Below are positions 37,690 through 46,230 of a stretch of DNA of 64,000 bases, one piece after another. The notes beneath the pieces were generated by a model that worked only from the letters and a program-made list of their open reading frames with translations, ran no database searches and had not been told where the DNA came from. Source of the DNA: Polyangiaceae bacterium (GTDB lineage: Bacteria > Myxococcota_A > Polyangia > Polyangiales > Polyangiaceae); NCBI GenBank assembly GCA_044222475.1, contig JBGANF010000015.1:1-64000 (forward strand), given 5' to 3'. Position 1 is the first letter of the stretch, and each line of letters begins with the position of its first letter. The position numbers and the translations under genes are program-made.

Positions 37690-39366
37690 ATGCGCGGGCA
37701 CTTCTCTTGGATCGTGGGTTTCGCCGTCCTCGGCGCGGGTACGTTGGCCCTTCACTGCGGCTCCGAGCCGGGTTCGGGCTTCCCCGACGCCGGGGCCGAC
37801 GTCGTCGTCGGCGACGGCGGGGGTGACGGCGATCCGTTCGGTGAAGCGAGCTCGTCGTTCAGCGACTTCCCGGCGAAGCCGATCATCGACCCGTCGCTCC
37901 CCGCCGACATCGACCAGCAGTTCGGCGCGCCCGACGCCGGATCCGGTACGCCGCCGTGCGTGACCGAGCCCGCCGACGACGCGATGGTCCCGCGCAACTG
38001 GACGCCGATCTTCGTCGAGTGGTCCGCTGCCTCCTCGCAGACCGTCACCGAGATTCGGATGACGATCGACAACCAGACGAACCCGCTCGTCGCGTACGTC
38101 CCGGGGCGCGTCTTCACCATGGACAAGACGATGTGGGGCGGCGCCGCGATCCACTCGGCCGGTCACGACGTCGTCATCGCGGTCCGCACCGCCGAGATCG
38201 CATCGGGCAAGATCGTCGGCAGCCCGTCATCGCCGACGAAGTCGACGATCCACATCGCCACGGTCGAAGCGCCTGGCTCCGTCGTGTACTGGAGCGCAAG
38301 CGGCGGCACGTCGTTCCAGGGGTTCACCATCGGCGACACGAAGTCCAAGACGGTGCTCACCCCGGCGACGGCCGCGACGACGTCGACCGGTGGCACGACG
38401 AACTGCATCTCGTGCCACACGTCGTCGGTCGACGGGAAGCTCGTCTTCTACACGCGCGACGCCGACAACGGCACGCGCTCGGTCGACGTGCGGAAGGTCG
38501 CGAGCCCGGTCGCCGCCGACCCTGGTGACGTGTCGTCGTCGGCGCTGGCGCTGCTCGGTCGCAATCGCCAATTCGCGCCCGTGCTCTCGTCCGCTCACTA
38601 CAGCGCGAACGACGCGGTGGTGATCACCGTGTACCAGACGGGTGGGGTCTACCAGCTCGCCTGGACCGATCTCCACACGCCCAACGCGAACGGCTGGGGT
38701 CTGCTCGCGCGCACCGGCGATCCGCGCAACGTGTCGACTCCCTCGTGGCGTCACGACGGCACCGCGATCGCGTACACGTCGTCCGCTGCCGGCGGCGAGG
38801 GCGTCATCGCCGACGTGACCGGCGGCGATCCCACGATGGACATCTACACGGTCCCCTACGCGAACCGCGCTGGGGGCAACGCGACCCCGCTGCCTGGCGC
38901 GAGCGACTCCACCTACCGCGAGTTCTATCCCGTCTACTCTCCGGGCGACGTCTTCCTCGCGTTCAATCGGACGAAGGCGGCCGTCAGCTCGTACAACCAA
39001 CCCAGCGCGGAGCTCGCGCTGGTGGCCGGGGGCGGCGGCAGCGCGGTTCGCCTGCGGGCCAACGATCCGCCGGCGTGCAGCGGCAAGACGAGCCCGGGGC
39101 TCACGAACTCCTGGCCTCGTTGGGCACCGAAGGCCGGGGCCGACGGCGACAAGCGCACGTACTGGGTCGTCTTCTCGTCGATCCGCCGCGTCGCGACCGC
39201 GGATCGACCGCAGCTCTACGTGGCCGCGATCGTGACCAAGATGACGAACGGCGTCGAGAGCCTGGTAGCCGACTACCCGGCGGTCTACGTGACCTCGCAG
39301 GACCCGTCGGCGAACAACCATATCCCAAGTTGGGATCTCTTCGACGTGTCGAGCATCCCGAACTGA
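37690..39366 (+). CDS. lipoprotein with TolB/PD40-like beta-propeller repeats
   Basis: LALHC lipobox; PSWRHDGTAIAYTS, YPVYSPGDVFLAFN, NSWPRWAP, WVVFSS; CISCH motif. Confidence 0.8.
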   Translation: MRGHFSWIVGFAVLGAGTLALHCGSEPGSGFPDAGADVVVGDGGGDGDPFGEASSSFSDFPAKPIIDPSLPADIDQQFGAPDAGSGTPPCVTEPADDAMVPRNWTPIFVEWSAASSQTVTEIRMTIDNQTNPLVAYVPGRVFTMDKTMWGGAAIHSAGHDVVIAVRTAEIASGKIVGSPSSPTKSTIHIATVEAPGSVVYWSASGGTSFQGFTIGDTKSKTVLTPATAATTSTGGTTNCISCHTSSVDGKLVFYTRDADNGTRSVDVRKVASPVAADPGDVSSSALALLGRNRQFAPVLSSAHYSANDAVVITVYQTGGVYQLAWTDLHTPNANGWGLLARTGDPRNVSTPSWRHDGTAIAYTSSAAGGEGVIADVTGGDPTMDIYTVPYANRAGGNATPLPGASDSTYREFYPVYSPGDVFLAFNRTKAAVSSYNQPSAELALVAGGGGSAVRLRANDPPACSGKTSPGLTNSWPRWAPKAGADGDKRTYWVVFSSIRRVATADRPQLYVAAIVTKMTNGVESLVADYPAVYVTSQDPSANNHIPSWDLFDVSSIPN

Positions 39367-40818
39367 TCAGCTGGCGAAGCGCGCGAGGAGACCGCGCGGC
39401 GGAACGCTGCGCACGATCGTGGTCGCACCGCCGAAGCTCGCCACGATCGCGTTCGCCGCGGTGAAGCCGCTCGCGACGGCGCGCTCCATGAGCGCACTCG
39501 GGAACGGCATCTTCACGAAGTCGCCGGCCAAGACGAGGCGCTTCGTCGGGGTCTCGACGGCAGGGCGGGTCGCGTATGAGCCGGGCGCGAAGGCCGGGCA
39601 ATCCCGCCGCACGAGGAGCCGCTCCTCGAGGATCTTCGCCGACCGCGCTTCGGGGTACACGGTGAACAGCCCGTCGAGGAGATCTCGCCGGGTCGACTCC
39701 GTGGTCGCATCTTCGTCGACGGCGTACGCGTGCAGCTCGACGATCGACCCTCCGGTGCGCGCCGCCCATTCGGCGCTCTCGCCCTCGAGCTTCTCGTAGA
39801 TGGATACGTTGTCGAGGATCCCGATCCCGCTCGTGCCGGCGAACGGCGCGCGATCGTTCGCCAGCGGGCGATCGAGCCAGAGGCGGAGCACGGCGAACGG
39901 GAGGGTCACGTCGAGCGACGCGACGTCGGCGCGCCACCGAGCGTCGCCGAGCGAGGGCGACGCAGCGGCGATGGCCTTCAACGCCGGCACGGTGACCGCG
40001 AGGACGGCGGCGTCGGCGGCGAGCTCGGCACCGCCTCCGAGGTCGACGTGGAATCGTTCCCCGCTTCGCTCGACGCGACGGACGGTCGTGCCGAGCAAGA
40101 ACGTGACGCCGCGTGCTTCGAGGTAGGCGCGCAGCGGATCGAACAGCGCCTTCGCGAACGGCTCGCGCATGACGTCGAAGACGAGGCCCTCCGGGTTGCC
40201 GAGGAAGTAGAAGTGGAACATCGCGAGGAGCTCGGCCGCCGAGTAGTCCTCCTCGGGGTTGAAGAACGAGTGCGCGAAGACGTCGAAGAGCATGCGTCTC
40301 GCGCGCGGCGTGAAGCCGAGCGAGTCGAGGTAGGCCTTCGCGCTGACCGCGTCCCATCGGGCGTACGTCGCGTCGGGGTCGAACGTCATCATCTCGCGCG
40401 CGGCCCGGGTGTCGAGGTGCACGAGATCGCGCAAACGCACCGAGGGCGATCGCCAGATGAGGGACATGAGGTTCAGCGGAACGCGCGTCGGGAGGCCGGC
40501 GAACGACTCGTGCCACCCGTCGGGGCCGAGGAGCGGGTAGTCGTCGAGCGGCCGAAGGCACGAGAGCGACGGATCGACGCGGCGAACGAGCGACCGCACG
40601 TTGTAGTACTGGCGGAAGAACGCGTGGAAGCCGCGCTCCATCGCGAACTTCGTGCCGTCCTGGAGCTGGTCGTTCCACGAGCCGGCCCGTCCGCCGAGGA
40701 ATTGCTCTCGTTCGACCACCGTGACGCGCACTCCGTGCTCGGCGAGGATGGTCGCCGCGGCGAGGCCCGCGAGTCCCCCGCCGATGACGACCGCGTTGCG
40801 AGATTCGATCGAATTCAT
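39367..40818 (-). CDS. FAD-dependent carotenoid oxidoreductase, CrtU (isorenieratene synthase)-like
   Basis: VVIGGGLAGLAAA, LGGRAGSW, RGFHAFFRQYYN, FHFYFLG, VELHAYA, LAGD...ALMERA. Confidence 0.75.
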   Translation of the reverse strand: MNSIESRNAVVIGGGLAGLAAATILAEHGVRVTVVEREQFLGGRAGSWNDQLQDGTKFAMERGFHAFFRQYYNVRSLVRRVDPSLSCLRPLDDYPLLGPDGWHESFAGLPTRVPLNLMSLIWRSPSVRLRDLVHLDTRAAREMMTFDPDATYARWDAVSAKAYLDSLGFTPRARRMLFDVFAHSFFNPEEDYSAAELLAMFHFYFLGNPEGLVFDVMREPFAKALFDPLRAYLEARGVTFLLGTTVRRVERSGERFHVDLGGGAELAADAAVLAVTVPALKAIAAASPSLGDARWRADVASLDVTLPFAVLRLWLDRPLANDRAPFAGTSGIGILDNVSIYEKLEGESAEWAARTGGSIVELHAYAVDEDATTESTRRDLLDGLFTVYPEARSAKILEERLLVRRDCPAFAPGSYATRPAVETPTKRLVLAGDFVKMPFPSALMERAVASGFTAANAIVASFGGATTIVRSVPPRGLLARFAS

Positions 40819-40876
40819 CGATTCCTTGGATGTACCAGCCGCGGTCGCGGTGTGGAAAACGCTCGCCTTCGTGGCG

Positions 40877-40892
40877 TGGCACGGCGGGTGCA
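40877..40892 (+). promoter_or_regulatory. putative sigma54 (-24/-12) promoter
   Basis: TGGCACG-GCGG-GTGCA (GG-N10-GC), ending 12 nt upstream of ATG 40905. Confidence 0.5.
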
Positions 40893-40904
40893 AACGTGGT
40901 GGCG

Positions 40905-41780
40905 ATGCGCTCGATTGTCCTGATGGAGTCCACCGGTCGCGTTGGCCGTTCGGTCGGGCTGGCGCTGAGGCGCGCCGGCCATCCCCTGCGCGTTCTCGGT
41001 GAGGGGACGCGGCCGAGCGGGCCTTGGCGTTTCCTCGGCGGAACGTTCGTCTCGACCAGCTGGCCGATCGAGGTTCAGGCGTCGCTGCTGGGCGGAGTCG
41101 ACGCCGCGTTCGTGGGGGCGCCAAACGCATGGGTCGAGGGGTCGATCGCGGCGGCCGAGGAGCATGCGGACCGGGTCCTCCGCGTGCTCGGCGCGTGTCG
41201 CGCGCTCCAACGGGTCGTGGTGCTCAGCTCGATCGGTGCCCACCGTGATGACGTCGGCATCATCGAAATGGCGGCAGCCCTGGAGTCGACCGTCTCGTGG
41301 TTGCTTGCGCCGACGGTCTTCGTTCGTCCTGCCTGGTACCTCGAGAACTGGTACGAGCCGTTCGCGGTCGCCGCACGGACTGGGATGCTCCCGTCGGTCC
41401 TGGGACCGATCGACCGGCCCACGCCGATGGTCTCTTTTCACGACGCTGCGGAGGTGGTGGAGCGTCTGCTCGTCGGTCTCGGCGGCGACTCCAGAGACGT
41501 CATCGAGATCGAAGGTCCGACGAGGGTGACCGCCCAAGAGACCGCCGCCCTCCTCGGCGTCGCGCTCGGGCGGTCGGTTCGTGCCGTCGAAATGAGCGAC
41601 GAGCGCGTCGACCGGGTCGTCCTGGAGCGCTTGGACGGGCCGGAGCTGGTCCATGGCTGGTCGAAGATGCTTCGTGCGTTTCGCCGCGGCGAGGTCGACT
41701 TCGAGGAGCCGGGCGCCGTCGTTCGCGGGAGGACGACGATCGCCGACGTCGTTCGAGGCTGGACGGAGCGTGCCGCATGA
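40905..41780 (+). CDS. NmrA-like NAD(P)-binding protein
   Basis: STGRVG, VVVLSSIGA, FVRPAWYLEN, PMVSFHDAAEV. Confidence 0.8.
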   Translation: MRSIVLMESTGRVGRSVGLALRRAGHPLRVLGEGTRPSGPWRFLGGTFVSTSWPIEVQASLLGGVDAAFVGAPNAWVEGSIAAAEEHADRVLRVLGACRALQRVVVLSSIGAHRDDVGIIEMAAALESTVSWLLAPTVFVRPAWYLENWYEPFAVAARTGMLPSVLGPIDRPTPMVSFHDAAEVVERLLVGLGGDSRDVIEIEGPTRVTAQETAALLGVALGRSVRAVEMSDERVDRVVLERLDGPELVHGWSKMLRAFRRGEVDFEEPGAVVRGRTTIADVVRGWTERAA

Positions 41781-42166
41781 ACGAGCAGCCCCACGTTCTG
41801 GTCGCCGAAGACGACGCCGACATGCGAACTCTGCTCGCGACCGAGCTCGAGCGCGCGGGCTACCGGGTGACGGCAGTGGTCCACGGCGGGGAGGCGGCCG
41901 AGCTCCTCGAGCTGTGGGGCCTGGCCGATGGCGATCTCCACGCCGTCGTCCTCGACATCCGCATGCCGGAGGCGACGGGGACCGAGCTTCTTCGGTGGCT
42001 CCGCCAGGACTCGAGGCGAATTCCCGTCGTCTTGATCTCGGGCTGCATCGACGGCGTCGAGGTGTTCGGCGCAACGAACGACGCCGTCGTTCTCGCGAAG
42101 CCCTTCTCGCGCGCAGCCCTCGCGAGCGCGATCGAAGAGTCACGCCGGCTGGTGTCTCGCGGATGA
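41777..42166 (+). CDS. single-domain response regulator (REC)
   Basis: VLVAEDD, VVLDIRMP, LISG, AKPF. Confidence 0.9.
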   Translation: MNEQPHVLVAEDDADMRTLLATELERAGYRVTAVVHGGEAAELLELWGLADGDLHAVVLDIRMPEATGTELLRWLRQDSRRIPVVLISGCIDGVEVFGATNDAVVLAKPFSRAALASAIEESRRLVSRG

Positions 42167-42235
42167 GTCCCAGGATGCGGTGTCGCATCTGGCGACGCTG
42201 TCGCGTTGTGCGACGGTTTCGCCCTCGAGTGCCCG

Positions 42236-42865
42236 CTACGGTCCCGCCATCAACCCGGGGTCGATCGGCGCGTTCTTCTTGAGCTCGCCGAAGACGATCT
42301 CGGTCTTGTCCTTCGCGCCTTCGACGAGGACGACCTTCTTGGGTCGCACCAGGTCGGGATCGAGGGTGAGCAAGACCTGCTTGAAGCGAGCGCCCTCTGC
42401 CGTCTTCGGCGTCGCTTCGATGGTGACCATGCCGCCGTCGGCCGGGAGCTCGCGGAGATCGTAGCGAGCCTTCAGCGAGGCGAGGTCGCCGCCGAGGAAT
42501 GCCTTCATGTCAGCGAGCTGGGGCGCCATCCGATCCGTCACCGGGAGCGAGCCCTGACCGTTCCGGCCTTTGTACGCGAGCCCGGCCGGCAGCATCCAGT
42601 AGACGACCGAGTCCGGCGCGGCGAGCTCCCAGCGAAGCTTGGATGGACGCTCGAGCCACATCGTCCCCGACGACTTGAGCTGGGTCGCCATCAGACCGAT
42701 GGTCTTCGTCTGGGTGAACGGGCCCTGGAGCGTCGTCAGCCCGGCGCGAGCTTGCGCGATGGCGGCGAGGCGCGCGTCGATCGTGGGAGCATCGGCGGCC
42801 GCCCGGCGCGCGAGGGCGAGGGCTCCGAGGGCGATCGTTCCGAGGAAGGCGCGTCGTCGCATCAT
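42236..42865 (-). CDS. LolA-like outer-membrane lipoprotein carrier family protein
   Basis: TLQGPFTQTK, SSGTMWLERPSKLRWE, TEIVF..LKKNAPID; RRRAFL twin-arginine-like signal. Confidence 0.8.
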   Translation of the reverse strand: MMRRRAFLGTIALGALALARRAAADAPTIDARLAAIAQARAGLTTLQGPFTQTKTIGLMATQLKSSGTMWLERPSKLRWELAAPDSVVYWMLPAGLAYKGRNGQGSLPVTDRMAPQLADMKAFLGGDLASLKARYDLRELPADGGMVTIEATPKTAEGARFKQVLLTLDPDLVRPKKVVLVEGAKDKTEIVFGELKKNAPIDPGLMAGP

Positions 42866-42911
42866 GCTCCGTACTCCGTGAGACGGCGTTCGACCAGGAA
42901 CGTTGCAGCGA

Positions 42912-44366
42912 TCACTTCTTGTCTCCGCCGATTTTCGGGCCGCCGGCGCGTTTTCGGCCCTCGTCGTAGCGGCCGTCCTTCAGGATCGGGTCTTCCGGGA
43001 TCGTCTCGGCGGGGGCGTCTTTCGCCGGGTCGTGCCCTGGCGCGAAGATCGCCGGCAGATCGAAGCGTACGAAGTGCCCTGAGAGGTGTGGCCCCTTGCT
43101 CACCCAGAGCGCGCGGGCGGTCGTGTCGGCGACGACGCCGTGGGTGGCGATGAGCGCGTCGATCGCGCGCCGGTCCCCGAGCGGGCACGCTTCGCCGCCG
43201 GCGCATTGGTGGTCCCGCAGCATCCCGACCATCGCGGGCGCGTCGACGGTTCCCTCGTGGACCTGAGCGAGCATCTCGTCGAGGCGCGTTCGGCGCGGCA
43301 AGGTCGTCGTCCCGTTCTTCACCGTCACGTTGCGCGGGTCGTCGGCGAGCGGCCCTTCGAAGTGGTTCGTGACGGCGACGCGCGAGGGATCGGTGAAGGT
43401 CCGACGCACGGTCGCCTCGGCGCCGGGGGCGCGCTCGACGACCGCGAACCGTCCCTTCGCGTCGGCGACGAACACGATGTGCGAGACCATCACGTCCTGC
43501 TTCGCGAGGATCGCGACCGCTTCGTCCGTGTCGTGCGCGCTCTGGAGGACCTCGCGCAGGCTGAACACGACGGGGATCCCGCTCGTCCGCGGATCACGCG
43601 CGCGGCCACCGTTCACCAGCACCATGACGCCCTCGAGGTTCATCCCGGTGAGCACGCCGGTGAGCCCGGGCCACCCGACGCTCGCGTACGGGATGCGGTT
43701 CTCTTCGCGGACGAAGAAGACGGCCTTGTCGAGGTCGAACACGTCGCCCGCTTCGAAGTCGAACGCGCGCCCCACGAGGACGTGGCCGTCTTTCGTCCAC
43801 GGCGCGCCGAGCGCGAACGCGGAGCAGCCGATGAGCGGCGAGTGCTCGAACGAAAGGGCGATGTCGTAGACGGTGTGAAGGAAGACGATCCGCTGGTAGG
43901 TCGGTAGCTTGCCGTCGTACGGGTCGGGCTGGAACGTCTTTGCCTGGGCCGCCATCTCGCGCTTTCGTGCCTCGGGCACGTTCTGGTCGACGTGCCGATA
44001 CTGGACGCGGCTGATGTCCATGATGAGCGTTCGGATCACGCCGAGGGGCACGAAATGCTCGAACGTGCCCCACAGGTCTTTCTCGTTGTTCACCATGCGA
44101 TCGCGAAGCAGGGTGACGTGGCGCTCGCCGAGCTGCTCGGGTGTCCCCTCGAGGTACACCTCGCGGACGCCGTCGCGGATGCGCGTGTACGCCGGGCCCA
44201 CGCGGGTGACGTCGCCGTCGACCGTGGTGGGCTCCGCGGCCGTGTCGACCGCCGGCGCCGTCATCCCGGTGGTCGCCACGACGACGAAATGACCGACGAG
44301 GGGGCCGACGACGGCGACGCCCAGCGCGATCAGCTTCTTCTTGTGGCGCAGGACGAACGCCTTCAT
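42912..44366 (-). CDS. C45 family peptidase / Ntn-hydrolase acyltransferase
   Basis: IG-CSAFA (N-terminal nucleophile Cys), GRAFDF, GMNLEG, VTNHF; N-terminal TM. Confidence 0.85.
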   Translation of the reverse strand: MKAFVLRHKKKLIALGVAVVGPLVGHFVVVATTGMTAPAVDTAAEPTTVDGDVTRVGPAYTRIRDGVREVYLEGTPEQLGERHVTLLRDRMVNNEKDLWGTFEHFVPLGVIRTLIMDISRVQYRHVDQNVPEARKREMAAQAKTFQPDPYDGKLPTYQRIVFLHTVYDIALSFEHSPLIGCSAFALGAPWTKDGHVLVGRAFDFEAGDVFDLDKAVFFVREENRIPYASVGWPGLTGVLTGMNLEGVMVLVNGGRARDPRTSGIPVVFSLREVLQSAHDTDEAVAILAKQDVMVSHIVFVADAKGRFAVVERAPGAEATVRRTFTDPSRVAVTNHFEGPLADDPRNVTVKNGTTTLPRRTRLDEMLAQVHEGTVDAPAMVGMLRDHQCAGGEACPLGDRRAIDALIATHGVVADTTARALWVSKGPHLSGHFVRFDLPAIFAPGHDPAKDAPAETIPEDPILKDGRYDEGRKRAGGPKIGGDKK

Positions 44367-45079
44367 CGCGCGAACGTCCCGCGTCGCACCACGTGGATGT
44401 CCGCGAGCGTACGGACGACGGTGGCCACGATGCGCGCGGGATCGCGCACGCTGTGGAAGTGCGTCAGCCGCTCTTCCTCCGGCGGGTAGTAGACCTCGAC
44501 CGGGATCTCGACGATGGGCATGCCGGCGGCGTTCGCGCGGAGGAGCATCTCGGCCTCGTAGGCGTAGCCCATCCCGCGGCCGTCCAGCTCGAGCGCCTCC
44601 GGGAGGGGGTAGCGCCGAAGCCCGCACTGCGTGTCGCGGAATGGTCTTCGCGCGAAGCCGGAGATGAAGAAGTTCGAGATGCGGTTCGACATCCGGTTCG
44701 CCTTCGGTGCTCCGGCGGCGTCCATGTCGCGCACGCCGAGCACCAGCGCATCGCGAGGAGCGCCGCACTCGAGCAGCTTCTTCGCGGCGGGTGCGGGGTG
44801 CTGGCCGTCGGCGTCGACGGTGAGGGCGACGTCGAAGCCGTCGCGCCAAGCGCGGTCCATGCCGGCCCGCAAGGCGGCGCCCTTGCCGCGGTTGCGCGGC
44901 TGAACCAGCACACGCACCCCGCGCGCGCGGGCCACCGCTGCGGTGCCGTCCGTCGATCCGTCGTCGATGACGTAGATCGCGTCCCCGCCGACGGTCGTGA
45001 TCTCGCGCCTCAGTGCCTCGAGTACGTCGGGGAGAAGCTTTTCCGCTTGGTACGCGGGGACGAGGATGCATGCGCGCAT
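44363..45079 (-). CDS. glycosyltransferase family 2
   Basis: LVPAYQ, VIDDGSTDGT, NRGKGAAL, TVDADGQH, DTQCGLRRYP. Confidence 0.92.
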   Translation of the reverse strand: MRACILVPAYQAEKLLPDVLEALRREITTVGGDAIYVIDDGSTDGTAAVARARGVRVLVQPRNRGKGAALRAGMDRAWRDGFDVALTVDADGQHPAPAAKKLLECGAPRDALVLGVRDMDAAGAPKANRMSNRISNFFISGFARRPFRDTQCGLRRYPLPEALELDGRGMGYAYEAEMLLRANAAGMPIVEIPVEVYYPPEEERLTHFHSVRDPARIVATVVRTLADIHVVRRGTFAR

Positions 45080-45121
45080 TGACGGCAGCGGAGGCTTAGC
45101 ACAATCCTTCTCGCGCCCTCG

Positions 45122-45604
45122 ATGCCAGTCCACCTCACCGTCAGCACGCGCTTGCCGCGTGGGATCAGCGCCCGCGAAATGGTGCGCCGTGCACACGAAA
45201 TGCTTCGCGCGCTCAAGCGATCATCTTCGGAGCTCTCAATTGCATTTGTCGATGACGAACAAATCCACGAGCTCAATCATGTCTATCGTCATAAAGACAA
45301 AGCAACCGACGTCCTCGCATTCGCGCAAGGGGAAGGCGAGTTCTCCGCCCTCAACCCGCTGCTCCTTGGTGACGTCATCGTCTCCATTCCCACGGCCGTG
45401 CGCCAGGCGAAGGTCGCTCGACGGCCTCCGCTCGACGAGCTGACGATGCTGCTCGCCCACGGCCTCCTCCACCTCTGCGGGTGGGATCACGACACGGCGG
45501 CGAAGGACCGGGCGATGCGGAAAGAGACGGCTCGGCTGTGCGCTGCAGCGGCAAAAAAGCGCCCCTCTCAACCGGCCGACCGAGGGCGCGGGCAAACGCG
45601 ATAA
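45122..45604 (+). CDS. ybeY: rRNA maturation endoribonuclease YbeY
   Basis: KATDVLAF, LGDVIVS, HGLLHLCGWDH. Confidence 0.93.
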   Translation: MPVHLTVSTRLPRGISAREMVRRAHEMLRALKRSSSELSIAFVDDEQIHELNHVYRHKDKATDVLAFAQGEGEFSALNPLLLGDVIVSIPTAVRQAKVARRPPLDELTMLLAHGLLHLCGWDHDTAAKDRAMRKETARLCAAAAKKRPSQPADRGRGQTR

Positions 45605-45686
45605 ATCGCACGCGAGAATGGACCAAGAGCGCACGAAACCATGTGCCTTTTTGGAAGGCGGCACCCTCTCGGACCCGGCTTTCCCA

Positions 45687-45727
45687 GGGGGTTTCGGGCA
45701 GGACATTTGCGAACCCCCTATTTTTTC
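45687..45727 (+). terminator. possible intrinsic terminator after ybeY
   Basis: GGGGGTTTCG...CGAACCCCC followed by TATTTTTT. Confidence 0.4.
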
Positions 45728-45897
45728 CCTTGCGAAGCGCGACGAGCGAGTGATACCCATCATTTCAAGCACAGCCCACACACTTTCGCGTGCGGGCGAG
45801 CTCTTTCGCCAGGCTCCTAGCGTTCTGGAATGCTCGGAAGCTTGACGTAAGAGTGAGGTGCCAAAAGAACGATTCGTTCAAGTAGGAGGAAGCGAAC

Positions 45898-46206
45898 ATG
45901 GCTGGAAAGCGTCTGACCAAGGCTCAAGTGATTTCGGAGATTGCGGACTCGGCGGAGCTCGACAAGAAGAGCGTCAACCGTGTCTTTGAAGGGCTCACGG
46001 AGCTCATCAAGAAGCAGCTCAAGTCGGCGAACGGCGAGTTCGTGATTCCGGGCCTCATCAAGCTCAAGTCGGTCAAGAAGCCGGCGACGAAGGATCGCCC
46101 CGGCATCAACCCGTTCACCAAGCAGCCGATCACGATCAAGGGCAAGCCGGCCTCGAAGAAGATCCGCGCGACCGCCCTCAAGGCGCTCAAGGATCTCATC
46201 CAGTGA
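45898..46206 (+). CDS. HU family DNA-binding protein
   Basis: LTKAQVISEIA, FVIPGLIKL, RPGINPFTKQPITIK; AGGAGG RBS upstream. Confidence 0.92.
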   Translation: MAGKRLTKAQVISEIADSAELDKKSVNRVFEGLTELIKKQLKSANGEFVIPGLIKLKSVKKPATKDRPGINPFTKQPITIKGKPASKKIRATALKALKDLIQ

Positions 46207-46230
46207 GCCGCTGAGCCCGATCGATCTCGA

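Noticed and set aside
38404..38418. CISCH as evidence of a c-type cytochrome
   Set aside because: It is a single CxxCH inside a propeller-type lipoprotein with no supporting context, so heme binding cannot be supported.
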